In this document: piece after piece, positions 11,801 to 24,779 of the stretch
How positions within the stretch are numbered: position 1 is the first letter of the stretch
Layout: each line of letters begins with the position of its first letter
Assembly (NCBI GenBank): GCA_000708835.1
Contig: DF236982.1
Span: 1 to 64,000, forward strand
Source of the DNA: Klebsormidium nitens
Lineage: Eukaryota > Plantae > Klebsormidiophyceae
Direction of reading: 5' to 3'
DNA: 64,000 nucleotides
Program-made: the position numbers and the translations under genes
Notes under the pieces: model-generated
Databases searched by the model: none
What the model saw: the letters and a program-made list of their open reading frames with translations, nothing else
Told to the model about the DNA's origin: nothing

Positions 11801-14800
11801 GTACCTGGCGGAACGGAAAAGGAGTTTCAGACCGCGGATTCCACTACACGCTGCAACAGGTCCAAGAAGAGACCAAGACAAAAGAGATGGGATCGGGTCA
11901 CTAGTAGATCCAACAAGTCCAAAGGGAGACAACTTTCTGTGAGCAATGTCCGAAGTTGGGTCAGGCTTCAAGGCTCGGTGATTGGAAGCGACTGCGGTTG
12001 GAATAAGCTGCTTCGCTGACCGGACGCGACAAAAGCCTTTTTGTTCCTTGAGCACTTCGTTTCGTCATTTCCGCCAAAGTGAAACCAGAGTCATACCAGC
12101 ACCAAATCGGAACACTCAGATCGATTCCCACGCAACCAGCATCGCAGTTACGAAGGCTCACGGCAAGTACGAACCACGACGGCTGCCTGGAAACTTTCCG
12201 TCCAAACATTGCGAGTACGTGTAGTTTGGGATGAGGAAGTACTGGCTCAGTTCACACTTCGATACACTGGAAACTCACGGTCCGTTCTGGCTGTTGATTC
12301 CGTAGGCCTTGCCGGTGAGGGGGTTCTTTCGGGGGGAGAGGCTCAGGATCTCGATCTGTGGACGAAACCGAAAACATTCGGAGTCAGAAAACGGAATAGT
12401 CATCGTCGCTTCCAAACCCAACGCCTTTTGAGAAAGCCAGGTTTATGCACATTCTCTATGTAACGACCGAGGAAAACACTGGACGGCGAGATCTTTCGAG
12501 ACAGGTGTAAAGCATTCAGTTTGATCGACTGCTTCGAAAAGCCAAATCGTCCCAGATTACGAAAAGAGGACACCCGGAACTTTCGAACCCTCTGGGAGAA
12601 GATGCTCGAACGGAGCGCCGATAGTCAGCGGATATTGATCTAGACGTCTTCCACAGTCGAAACAAACTCCATCTGCTGAAGCAAGGCTGACGTCAGGTGC
12701 CGACGATGTCGTCAGCGGACCACGTACCTTGAGCACGTCGCCGGGGAGGGCGCCGCAAACGCTCAGGGGCCTGTCGGAGCGAGGGTGAGACGTCGGTGAG
12801 ATTACGGGGACAGTGATAATTCACGCCGAAGCTGTGTTCTTATCTTGGCTTCATGCCGTGGCCGAAACTGCACCTACTTCCAAGCTCAAAAAACATCGGG
12901 TTTGTTGCCGTCCTTGCTATCATCCGGGAATCTGGGATGCCCAGTGTTGTTCGGTGGAGGCAAGCAATCTTTGGAAGCATGATCTTAAAATTTGACAGCC
13001 GAGCTTGGAGCCGGGCAGTGAACTGCGACCTACTGTGTTTGGTTCCTGGCATTCAACGACTTGAATACATGACAACATGGATATGATGTCATTTCTCACC
13101 CGGTGATGATGTGGCCGGCGCCGCCGGGCAGGATGGGGAGGGGCTTGGTCGATGCCGTGGCATCTGCAAAAACCGAATCGAGGGGGCTTAGCGCAACTGG
13201 CTCTAGGGGGAGTTCCCGCAATACACAGTCGGTTTTCAACCTACACGATGCGCTAGAATTTTACTCGTTGGCAGAGCACAGAGGGCACTAGAGTCGTTGT
13301 TGGCTAGTAATCTCTGAAGCTTTGTGACGGGAAAAAGTGAGGCTTTTACTTCACATATTCTTTTTCCGTCTTTCCCAAGGATTCGTTTGTCCTGGCTGGG
13401 GGTATTTTGCTGAAAAGCAAAACTAGCATAGAACATCAGGTTTGATGATACATATCTATTTGATAGAAAAAGGAAATGGAAGAGGTAAAAGAGAGGGAGA
13501 TTAATGAGAAGGAACTCACTGGAGGGCCAAGCCATGAGCTCCTCAGCGCCCACGTCACCCTTGATCATCTTGGCGTAATCACTAGTTGTTTGTCAAAAGA
13601 AAACCGAGTGTCAGTACTGAAGAATGCTCTCCTCTTCGTCTCCATTCCCTTCTCCATTCCCTTCCCCATCTCCTCTTCTCCCCACCTTTCCCTTCGCCCC
13701 TTCCTCTCCTCCCTCCTCCCACCCTCTTCTTTCGACCCTCCTCCAATCATGCTGGTAGGGAGTCAAGCATTTCAAGCATCAGCTTCCAACGATTGAGCTA
13801 TTGGCAGATGCCTCAACTTGCTGTCGACGGTAATCGAATCAGAAGTTCCCTGTGAAATGCCGTGGGGCTTGGCGAGGGTGGAGTGAACAGAAGGTGCAAA
13901 AGACAGGGAAAAACAAGGAATACCATGAGGAGCCAGGCTTCAAGGGAGCACTTACTTGGTGATGCCGCCAGTAAGGCACTCCATGGTGATGGTGTCTCCA
14001 GAAACGATGTGGGCCACTGTAAGGCAGATATGAGAGGTAAGGGACTCCGGTTTCCGTGAGCTTAGGTTACACTCATAACTGATGAAGATGGGGTTACAAA
14101 CGCAATTGCTCACCCAACTGTGTGCAACTATTCGTCATCAAACGTGTTAACTGCTCGCTGCGATCCCAAAGCATATGGAAGATTAGAACCTGTGATGATG
14201 TAACTTTCTCCCCAAGTGTCTGCAGGACGCCACTCACCGGAGGGGAACTCCGGGTTGATGATTCCACGCTTCACCGTTTTGCTGATCAAGAAAAGGGGGT
14301 GTGATTTAGAGTCAGCTAAGGTGATTGATATCTCCTCTGAAGATTAGTGGCTCACAGACCAGCAAGCAGGGCAGAGAGATTGCAACTGGATGCTTTCTTG
14401 AATTGAGTAAGATCTGAAACAGCCAGGAGGACTTACGTGTGAAGACCCAATCTCATGCATTTCTACAGAAGTGAGAGCTCATAACAAGTGGCTGCAAGAA
14501 GGGTGAATGCATATTGAATCCAGCAAGCATCCCATCTAAAGATCTCCAAGTTCCTTCACTGCCCAGCTCCGTTGAAAGCACAATGTCACTCAAAGAGCTG
14601 CACAATGCCCCCAAAGTAGGCAAGTTGTAAGGGGAATCAATCACCAGACAGTAATATAGAGTTAAGGGAGTAATTGAGACTTTCTAAAGTTCACTGCAGC
14701 AGGAAGGAAGTAGCTAGGAGGACTGTTGCAAAGCTCACCTGTTGGCTTGGACATAAGTCGTGCTGGGAGCTCCGCACGTGGGGTCTGGGACCTGGATGGA

Positions 14801-14884
14801 ATCGAGCAGCGCCGCGGCGGGGGGGGCAATGCTGCAGGCGAGCAGGACAGCCAAAGCTGCCCCCAGGAACGAAATGCGCGCCAT
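5826..14884 (-). CDS. Secreted acetamidase/formamidase family protein (FmdA_AmdA), 21 exons
   Basis: Phase-consistent exons from 14884-14739 (MARISFLGAALAVLLACSIAPPAAA, signal peptide) to 5888-5826 (stop). Motifs: GHIITGPLSVCGALPGDVLKIEIL, IPLRPFLGTIGV, RFGGNMDNWRVG, FGDCHAAQGDAEISGTAIE, VDFGIAQCVDSNWGVHGLIPKSIF. Includes a 17-nt microexon at 11079-11095. Confidence 0.9.
7285..7428. repeat. Intronic minisatellite (ttcagaacactcgacgc-like units)
   Basis: Repeated ttcagaac(a/g)c(t) / agaacactcgacgct units within the amidase intron. Confidence 0.7.
10994..11060. repeat. About 21-bp tandem repeat (acgtcagcagcgtcagatg) x3 over a branch-point region
   Basis: cagcagcgtcagatgacgtcagcagcgtcagatgaagtcagcagcgttagatgacgccagc, directly upstream (minus strand) of the acceptor at about 10990. 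Confidence 0.75.
11632..11685. repeat. (GGAAC)n-like microsatellite
   Basis: ggaaacggaacgaactcggaactgaacggaacgaaacggaacggaacgag in an amidase intron. Confidence 0.7.
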
Positions 14885-15182
14885 CGCTAACGCACGAGCA
14901 GTGATTGCCGAATAGGAGCTGAGTCTTGCTGACCGCGCAACAGCGAACGATAAGAAGAGAGAATGAGAATCTGCAGAGACGAGAGCTGGCCTTAATCGGG
15001 GAGGCCAAGGCAGCCAATTCGCAGCTTGGAAGAGTGGAGTGGAGCTGAAAAGAAGGCGCCCGTAGTCACGACGCAGAATTCCACAGAGGAAGCTGGAAAG
15101 ACCAGCTCACAGTCCGCCGCGAGAACTGAGCTGATGTCGACATGCCATTTCTTGTTGTCATGACTCTTACTCCTACAGCCTA

Positions 15183-15915
15183 CGGTCTACCTACCTACGG
15201 TAGATAGGTAGGTACCTAGCTTGCTGTGTGCAGTGCACTGTGCACTGTGCGTTTGCCAAGGTTTGCCAATCATTCACAGTGCACTTGTACCCAAGAGTCA
15301 GTGGTACGTCCCGGTACCTACCGTGCCCCTCTGAAAATTGCCCCCCGGAAACATGGTCGAATTTCGAGAGAAATCGCAGTCGAGTAGCCGCGACACGGGC
15401 AAAACCCGGTGAGTATATACCGGGCAATTTCAGCTTGCAAGTAGAACTAAATTGTTCCGCGGTGTGTTGCTCCGGGCCATAGCTTCAGGTTCCAATCCTT
15501 GTGCAAAGGGCCATGGTAATCACATGGCCCACGTGCTTTTCATAATCAATGACGAGACGCGGCTATCGTGTTCGAGCTTTTCAATGATTGCTCCGCACAA
15601 ATATCCAGCCCTGGTTCGCCGGCCCGAGTTCCGACCGGACCAGAGTGGCGACCTGAGCTGGCGTCGTCAGGGGTGCGGCGTCGCCTTCTCGTGGCAAAAG
15701 GTTCCGGCCGCCGCATGCAGGCACACCACTCACAGACTGACATCAGCTTCAACCTCCAAACTTGCAGGCTGGCATTAGGGTCACTACCGACACTGAACTT
15801 CGCGATGATGACAGGAGTCAGGACTGCTTCGCACACTGCACAGGTATGGATAATCACAACAGTAATAGGTAGGTAGGTATTAGGTACCTACCTAAGAGTA
15901 GGTACCTACCCTACG
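15183..15915. repeat. Segment bounded by CCTA/TAGG palindromic simple-repeat blocks; possible repeat element upstream of the amidase gene
   Basis: Left block ctacctacctacggtagataggtaggtacctag (about 15187-15220). Right block taggtaggtaggtattaggtacctacctaagagtaggtacctacc (about 15865-15910). Confidence 0.4.
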
Positions 15916-17608
15916 CTGCGGCAGGAAAGAGGTGCTGGGCACACCACGAGCGGCGATCCACCATGCATGAAGACGGTGTGAAAGCTTTTGGGCAATACCG
16001 CACCTACGAAGTGACCATCTCACAGGTGCTCTTTCTTTGGTGGCATTGCGATCGGCAAGCTGGTTTGCAAGACCGCAAGAACCCAGAAACTCGGTTGTCT
16101 TCTGCGCAACCGAGCTGAACATCCATACGGCCTAGCTAGGAGTACATCGACGTTCCTTTTGAGGAACAAGTATTTTGCATAGACCCTGTCCAGACTCCTA
16201 ACCAAGAATCACGATTTATCGCAGGAGCTCCTGAGCCTCTGAGCTCCACAAAGATAACCTGACTGTCATTTAACCCAGGGTGCAGCTCTCAGGCGTAGGT
16301 ACATGCATGCCCGCACTGCATAGGACCTAGGAAAAGTGTTCCGACTGTCCGATCCATCACTGTCCGGACTCCGATCCATCACTGTCCGATCCATGGCTGT
16401 TGTGAATGCAGTTGGCATTGTGCGCCAGTGATGGGACACTTGTCTCCACTTTGACACGTCATCTTGCCGTCATCAAGGCGGCCAGACAATCCTGGCTCTC
16501 TGTTGGTAATAGACCTGTATGATACGATAAGACCAGAGCGCGCTCACCAGCGACATAGGTAGGTATGCACAGCTGCCCAGAGCTAGACTCAAGAATCCTA
16601 CTCCTTCACCTCTCATCAGATCAATGTGGGAGGAGCTGGAATTAGCCAGCTGAATCTTCCCAGCTTGGAAAATTCTTAACACCACTGGTAGTTTGATGGA
16701 AGGCTGGCCTGCAATGAACAGAAGATCTGCAGCGCAAGACGCGCAGAGCTGCTAATTTTTCCAGTAGGTGGAGAAGCTGGGTGTGTTTTCAGCTGAATGC
16801 TGAACTTAGCGACTGCGTCAAAAGGGGCTTTGGAACAAAAAAGGCCCGAGCTCACACAGATCTTTCCTAGCGCTTGAAGTTGGTGGGCTGTTAGTGATCA
16901 TTCTTGAGTGGGCAATTCCCAGCAAGTTTCTGCAGCCCTTTAGTAAACCCATTGTTTTGTACAGCAGCGGCCGCTTGGCGCCGGGCTCTGGATGCTGGGG
17001 CCAGCACAGCAGCTGAAACCATTTTTCTGTTGAAAAATACGTTGGGCTTTGACACCTGGCAGCTCGCACTAGCGTTGGCTGTGGGCGCGAGGGCACTGCA
17101 AGGCTGGAAGTGACCTCATCTCTCTGAGACCCCCACTTAACTTCTGCGATCTAGCGCCGCAGTCTGATCACAATCAGTCAAGGAGCTGCTATTTGCTACG
17201 CAGCCTAAAGTTCGAAACCGTGAACCTAAGCAGCAAATTCCGGTCCTTAGAAAGTTTGAGGTCACAGAAGGTTGGCGGGATGAAGGTCTGCTGGGCTTCT
17301 GACGTCAAATCGGGGCGCCAGCTGTGCACTGCCGGGCTCTGGTTGTTGCTCCTCAGTTTGCTGAGCAATGCTGACATCAGCGAGGCCCGGCTGCGAGGGT
17401 GAGGTCATCTGTGTGCCCATCTCACTGGCTGTCTGAGAGCCGAGGAAATTTGTGCTGAAAGCTCACACTCAATGCGGTGGAGCTTGAGAGTTGCGCAGGC
17501 TCTGTAAGGAACCGCTTCTAAAACGCCTCAAATACTTGGTAGTAGTTTTTCAACAAGCTGATGCAGGGGTCAATCTGAAGCTTGAATCTGTTTCTTGTCG
17601 CAGACAAA

Positions 17609-18106
17609 NNNNNNNNNNNNNNNNNNNNNNNNNNNNNNNNNNNNNNNNNNNNNNNNNNNNNNNNNNNNNNNNNNNNNNNNNNNNNNNNNNNNNNNNNNNN
17701 NNNNNNNNNNNNNNNNNNNNNNNNNNNNNNNNNNNNNNNNNNNNNNNNNNNNNNNNNNNNNNNNNNNNNNNNNNNNNNNNNNNNNNNNNNNNNNNNNNNN
17801 NNNNNNNNNNNNNNNNNNNNNNNNNNNNNNNNNNNNNNNNNNNNNNNNNNNNNNNNNNNNNNNNNNNNNNNNNNNNNNNNNNNNNNNNNNNNNNNNNNNN
17901 NNNNNNNNNNNNNNNNNNNNNNNNNNNNNNNNNNNNNNNNNNNNNNNNNNNNNNNNNNNNNNNNNNNNNNNNNNNNNNNNNNNNNNNNNNNNNNNNNNNN
18001 NNNNNNNNNNNNNNNNNNNNNNNNNNNNNNNNNNNNNNNNNNNNNNNNNNNNNNNNNNNNNNNNNNNNNNNNNNNNNNNNNNNNNNNNNNNNNNNNNNNN
18101 NNNNNC
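17609..18106. other. Assembly gap (498 N)
   Basis: Run of N. Confidence 1.
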
Positions 18107-18988
18107 ATATGCATTCACCCGCACTGCTTGTTCATCTTGGCTCTCTTTGAGGGTGTCGGCAGCGGCGTTGCGCGGGCTTTTTTTGCTGCTAGCAGCTCAG
18201 GTTGATACATTGTTTGGTCTGAAATCATATCTCCACATATTGCTTGCTCAGTTGAGTTCTGAGCTGTCACGGATTACATTGCAGATGGAGATCCGACTTT
18301 GATTCCAGTGGGACTGGTAAGCTCTCCCATTGGTTGCACTTCAAGCCTTGAACAGTTTTTGCCAATCTAGATTCAAAACGGTTGCATGCATCCTATATCC
18401 ACAATGTGACTGGTCATCTGCTTCTAAACAGAGCATAAATCTCGCTAGTTCAGAGTTAGTCCCGACTTTGAAAAACTGCTATTCCTGGAGTTTGATAATC
18501 TTAAGGTCGAGCAGTCGAACCTGAGGGAGACTTGTCCGATATTTTCGAAGCTGGTCAAGAGCACAACCTCTTTGGCCCGTAAAGCCTAGTCACGACCTAT
18601 CACAGAACCTAGCAAGTCAGAAATTTTTTATACGCTGATTTATCAGGTTGTAGAGCTCTTTGTAGTCTGCGATTTAACCAGAGATCAATCAATGGTTTCA
18701 ACCCACCAAGTGACCAAGTGGGAAGCGCTCTGCGAAAAATCTTCACAACTGCCGCCCTGCCAACCTCTGCTACTCGCAGGGGCTTGGTAAAAGTAGGCAG
18801 GGCTCACACAGGAAATAGTTAGATTTTGAATAAGGATTCGGCATGCCAAATTGCAGGGCAGGCTTGACGCGCACGACTCGGAGAATGAGTAGAACTGAGT
18901 ATGCAGAACATGAGGCAAAGAGTCGACAGTCTTAGGCGAACTTGAGGGGAGCTTATGGCTATCTCACTGGGTCGACATCGGTTTGCAG

Positions 18989-21900
18989 GTCGCCACCTTC
19001 TGGAGGGGGAGCCTGCCCCGACTTCCGCGGGCAATCCCGGTTGCTCTAGCGGCTTAGTCGGGTGGGTCAACTGCGGCGCCGCGCTTGACACCACCAGCCA
19101 GGTCTGCATCAACGGGTACACCTGCCGCATGTGAGTGGTGTTAAAACGCCCGCTCTCAATCAATTGCTTGAACCCTGGCTTTTGACAAGATACTTCGGTA
19201 GTCCTCTACTGAAATGCTTGATGTAACACCTGGGCAAGTGACGTCCGCGCAGAGTCGTCCGCTTTCACACTGTCCGCGTTGACAGTACGGTCTGCCTGAA
19301 CTCGCGGTGTCCGCAATCCAACCAATGAGCCAAAACTTGATCCCTGCCTGGCCGAATGTCACGCGAGCCGCATTTCGGAATCTCGGTCTGTGCTGGCAAA
19401 AATTGGCAGCCGTAAGCTTTCATGGCTGGTGTGACGAAGCTTAGACTGGGGTGCTTTTCAGTGCCACGTGCGTCGTAGCTTGTGTGCATCGGAACCGTCC
19501 AGTGCAGCAAGCGAACGCAAGCGGAGGCCACACATGCAGCGCAGCTGTGATTCTCTGCTTTATTCCATTGTGATGCGGAGGGGGCAAAGCGATCCCATCA
19601 GAACAGCGGTAGTGCTCCTTGAATCTACAATCAACGCTTTTCACTTCCAGGGTTCCTTTTGGAGATGCTTCTCCGTCTGTCAACACATCACGTTGAGAAC
19701 TGGAGCTCTGTACCATTTCGTTGGTCATAACATGTCTGCCGCTTATTCGCAGGGGCCAGCAGCTCTGCAGTGCCACGTGTTACGATCCCACGACGTCGAG
19801 CTGCGTGAGGGGATCCCTCAGCGCGACCGTTGGCGCCGATGACGGCACCGAGACCAAGAACTGCACGCTGCCGATACCATACACAGGTGGGCGCTGTCGT
19901 CACGCTGACGCCATCGTTTGCTGACGTCAGAGCCGCGCTTAGAAGCCTGCAGACAGTTATTCGAGCGCCCGCCTTGTTCGGTAGACGAACCGTTTTTGAC
20001 AAGAAAGCCAGGCGCCGACCATTCACTACTCCGGATACAGAGTCGAAAGCACGGGTAGCAACGAGTTTCTCTAGAAAGATCCTTGCTATTACCCGACCAA
20101 GGCGAGTGATGAGGGAACCTTTAAGCAGCTTGAGGTCTGGACCGGACGGTGAGAAGTTGTGGCTTGTGCTGAAGGGACGGTGGGTCCCTGCCGTTAAAGA
20201 AATGCTTCGTGACTGACCACCGGTGTTACTGGACGCTCGGCCACCCTCTTTTCAACTCAGTAAATTGCACTTGAAGGACGGATGTCTCATCGCGAGTGTT
20301 GCAACCGGAGAGTAGCAAGCTTCTGCCTTGATCGCTCCCGCAAACCAATACTGATCCTGCTGCACGTAGGCAAAAGCGAAAAAGATTTGCTGCGTTTAGC
20401 AAGGGACGAGAACTCTTGAATCGCAGCGTTCTGTCCCGTCGCATAGGGTCGCTACCTGTCATTTAACAAAGGCTGGTCCATACCGTCTGGAGAATCGAAC
20501 CAGACCGTATGGACCGTGTCCGAACCCTTAAACTCCAGAAAGACGGTCAAGAAAAATTCTATGAGTTGAAGGAGCTTTTGGACTAGATACAATGATTGAA
20601 GCGGAGATCCAACCCAACTTCCAGGAAAACCCTTTGAACCGAGGAAGTCACTGATGTTTTCGTGGATTTAGCAGTCAAGAAACACGGCGAATCTTGTAAA
20701 CGGGCAGATTGAGAAGTGAGAATTGTTCGCAGGTCCCGTGGCTTGCGCTGGCGACGGCTGCCCAATCGAAACCGGCGCCCCCCTCGCGCCGCAGCCCGCG
20801 CCCGTGACGTCAGCGACCGCGGCTCCCGTGACGTCAGCGTCCACAGCAGCGGAACCCCCGGTCACGAGCGCTCCGAAGTTCGGCGGCAACCCGGGGTGCC
20901 CGGACGGCTTGGTCGGGTGGGCCAACTGCGGGGCCGCGATTGACACCACCAGCAGCGTCTGCATCAACGGGAAGACTTGCCTCCTGTGAGTGGTGTCAAG
21001 CGCGCGGTTCACGGTTTTCTCTTTCCGTCGTGTCGCTGCAAAAGCGTGAAAAGTCCGAGAGGGTTGCGGCGACAGGTCTCTACTGTAGCAGGTCCGCCGA
21101 TCTGAGGTGGCATGCCGGTCAAACCAGAATCTGCATGATGATGCGAAATCTAGGGTGGGTTGTTTTTATCAATAATCGACGCCTGGGTAAGAACAGCCCC
21201 ATCAGAAGTGCTTAGAGAAGGTGCCACGATGAAAGGATGGGCTTACTGAGCGGACCCATACTCGCACAACCCACACGGCAGAAGGTGGGGCCCGGGGATT
21301 GGCGACTCATTGCGAAACGCGTCAGAATGTTTGTGGCAGATCAGTGGCCCCAAAGCCGTCGTTTCTGTGGCCGCTCTACTCTAGCTCCCGCGAACCGTCT
21401 GCTTTTAACATGTTAGCTCCCGCTCAAGGATACCGTCTGCTCCAGCTGCGGAAGATGTTAGGTTCCGCGTCGACCGAAAACTGCTTGGCTCGCCAGCTTC
21501 GCATCTCCGGTCCGCGTACGGCTTTGGATAGTACCGCTCCAGCTAAAACTTGTACTAGGTCTGTACTTTTTTTACCACGTGATCCATTGAAGCGTTCTAT
21601 TTGGTCGTCACGACCGGAGATGAGCGCTCAGCCATCTCGGTCGACGCGGAACCTTATCCCACGTCGATCAGTTCCGTTCACAGCATTCTCCAAGCTGCTA
21701 ACTATCCTCGACAGACCATACTTTGTGGAATCGATATCGCTGCGCATGCTCAAAGCCTTGCAAGGCAACCTTTAGAATTACCTGTTCCACGCACTCTTTG
21801 AACCCTTTCTTTGACCGGAAAAAAAATGACACGTGTCACTCCAATCACAGGGGCCAGCAGCTGTGCACTGCCACGTGTTACGATCCCGCGACGGCGAGCT

Positions 21901-23386
21901 GCCTGGGGGGTTCCCTCTCCGCTACCGTGGGCGCCGACGACGGAACGGAGACGTTGAACTGCACGACGCCCGCCGTGAACACGGGTGAGCTGACGTCACC
22001 TCCCTGCAGACTTCACGTTATCCTAACGTCAGCAAGTAGTTGATGATGGCTGTTATTCTCTCCGAGCTGGCGTCGTTTGTGGGAAATGGTGCTCGAGACC
22101 GCATCGAAACGGACGAGTGGCGTTGCAAAACATGTCGTGTCGAATCCTGGCAGCCTGAGCCGGGTCGAAAGCGTTTCCACTCCAAAGGTTGATCCGAATA
22201 CGTTCTCCAGTTTTCAAACTGCAACCGCGTTCTCCGCTTTGGATACCTTTCAGGAAACCTCTTTCTGAAGGAGCACCAGAACCTATCAGCTGCCTCTCAC
22301 TGACCGGGCAACCCAAGGGCGTTGCTTCTTCCTCGGCGACCGTTTGCCCCGCCCCCCGGTCTGCAAATTCGCCGTCTCGTTCCCGTTCGCAGGACCGGTC
22401 GCCTGCTCGTACGACGCCTGCTTCACTGAGACCCCGCCTACGCCGCCGGGGGCCGGAGTCGCGGCCGCGGCCGCAAACCCTGCGGCCCCGGGCACTACTT
22501 CCACGTCACCCACCTCTTCAACTCCCGCCACGAAAGACGGCGGCGGAGGCACGGTGAGGAGTGTGCAAAAGTTTGAAACTAAGCGCTTATGAAGAGGAAA
22601 CACTGCTCTTTTTATTTTCGGTTCTTGCAGCAGCTGGGGGTCTTCGTGCGCGGCATATTGTACAGCGCAAGGAAACACAGGTTGGTCAAGAATCAGAGCC
22701 GAAAAGGGACGAAACCAAAAAGTCCGTCAAGAATCGGTAGGGCAGGTATGAATCTTACCAGAGACACGGAGTGTTAGAAGTGGACGGTAGAGAAACAAGC
22801 ACAGTCTAAGACCCAGCTATCATTCTAGAGCTTAAAACAGAAAGTACAGCGGTTGAACCGCTTCGCTTTTGCCGACAGAACTCAGCCGCGATCTTCAATG
22901 GGCGGCGTTGCAGGACGCACTATCCAAGAACGAAATGAGGTGGAAAATGGGGAGCGCACGTCATTGACCAAACCTGAGACAGTAGGAACAGGAGACGCGA
23001 ATAGAGCAATAAAACGGCGAGATGCTCGTTCTCCTTCTTTACAGAACGTGGTCGCAACTGTAGGCGGCGTAACAGGACGCACTCAAAACCGTTGGAATGA
23101 GGCGGAAAAAAGGACGCGCACATCCATGACGAAACCTGAGACTGCGAAGGCAAGACATTTGATAGAATACAAACGATGAAATGCTCGTTCTCCTTCTTCA
23201 CAGAACGTGGCCGCAATCATTGGCGGCGCTGTCGGCGGCGCGGTCGGCCTGGCGGTGCTCGCGGGACTCGCGCTCTTCGCGCTCGCGCGGCGCCGCGAGG
23301 CGAAGAAGCCGCTCGAGTTCCAGTCCATGAAAAAGGAGGTCGCCTTCCAGGACATGCCCGAGCCCCAGCGCGAGATCCCGGCGTAA
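18989..23386 (+). CDS. Single-pass type-I membrane protein with two tandem Cys-rich (CBM52/galaxin-like) repeats and Pro/Thr/Ala linkers; 5' (signal) exon unresolved
   Basis: Phase-consistent exons 18989-19130, 19753-19886, 20733-20985, 21851-21984, 22393-22553 and 23204-23386. Repeat: GNPGC..GLVGW.NCGAA.DTTS.VCING.TC..GQQLC.ATCYDP.T.SC..GSLSATVGADDGTET.NCT. TM helix AAIIGGAVGGAVGLAVLAGLALFALA followed by RRR and a short tail. Confidence 0.82.
22880..23240 (+). repeat. About 165-bp tandem duplication containing the acceptor and start of the TM exon
   Basis: atgctcgttctccttctttacag|aacgtggtcgcaactgtaggcggc (about 23023-23070) echoes atgctcgttctccttcttcacag|aacgtggccgcaatcattggcggc (23181-23227). 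An older copy lies at about 22890-22930. Confidence 0.85.
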
Positions 23387-24779
23387 GAAGAGCGCGCGGG
23401 GGATGCGTTTCTGGTTCAAGTGTTTTGTCATTCGGATATCTAAGTTGTTGTGTTTGTGGACGATCCGCGAATGGATGAGGGCAACCGGTCGCATTTGGCT
23501 TTGCAAACATACAGTGGGTCAAATCAGCGTAGAAAAAGAAGACCAGAAAACAAAATCGTGGGCATAGCTGAGTCATCAGGCCTCAGAGTGTGGAAAATGC
23601 AGTGGGCCGCAGCCTCCTCGTCCCAAGACGCCGCTCATCGCAGCCAGCAATCTACATTTTGATTTAGGGTCACACTTCGATCTAAATAGGCAGTAAGGAC
23701 CGGTGCGAACTTCAGAGTTGGCGTGCTCGGAACAAGCGAAATCAACAGATATGAGTCGGCTCACTGCGCCTCCTTCAAGAAGCAATGAGCATGGTGGCAA
23801 TCCTCAAGGGCCTGTACTACAGAATATGGCGGCGAATGCCAGGTAGTGAGTATCGCGGCCGCGCTCGTGGCCGCGAATGGTACATGCGCGCGCGGCCGCG
23901 CCGCCAGAAGCGCGCTGCCTGGGCGACCAGTACGTATCAGTTGCATGAAATCGAGAGGAGGCCAGCCAACCTGTACATACGTTGGATCCACAAGTGACAA
24001 GAACTAGAGACTCTGCAACAAACAACTCTGCCGGCTACATGTGGTTCAGGGTGTATCTCCTCGAACCAGACGGTGTCTCGGAACAAGAATATACTCGGCT
24101 CTGAGACGTAGACACATAATTGTTTTTGAGACACCGGGCCGTCTGAATCGAAGTGATACAGAAACCCGTTCAAAATCTTCACTAAGAAATCTTGTATATC
24201 TTGAGGCCGTCATGCACTTTCGTGGTGTCCAACGGCAATTTAATACACTATTATCGGAAGCGTAATGATACTTATCATGAGGTATATTCTTGGATTGGTC
24301 TGGGCGTCTTCTTTGAAGTGATTGGTAACCTTCGTATGCTGTAGCAGTTTCATTCTGTTTGCAGATTGCTGATGAGGCTAACACTAGAACCTTCATCGCT
24401 CACTTACTGATGAGGCTTAATGGAAGCGCGTATACTACTGACATTGATTTTCACGCCTGCATAGACGCCTCACTAGACGCTCGAGCTGTTTCGCGTAATG
24501 GCCGAGGTTTGGTCTCGTTGAGCTTAGGCGCATGCTGAGAAGCAAGAGGGAAAAGATGCTCATGGGACTTCGGAGACTCGAGGCAGTGCCTACAAGGATG
24601 AAATGTGCTTTCTGAGCGGCCCCCTTTTTGAAGCTATATAAACAGAGCAAACCAGATCCATACAATCAGAAAACCTACAGCACATCGTCAACAATTCTTG
24701 TCGTCAAATAGTCGAAGCTCTCAGCTCAACTTTAAGGCGGCTACACGCGAACCGGTACGTCTTCAGTCGACCAACCAAG

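Noticed and set aside
17491-18302. ORFs of 184-235 aa in the track
   Set aside because: Artefacts of translating through the N gap.
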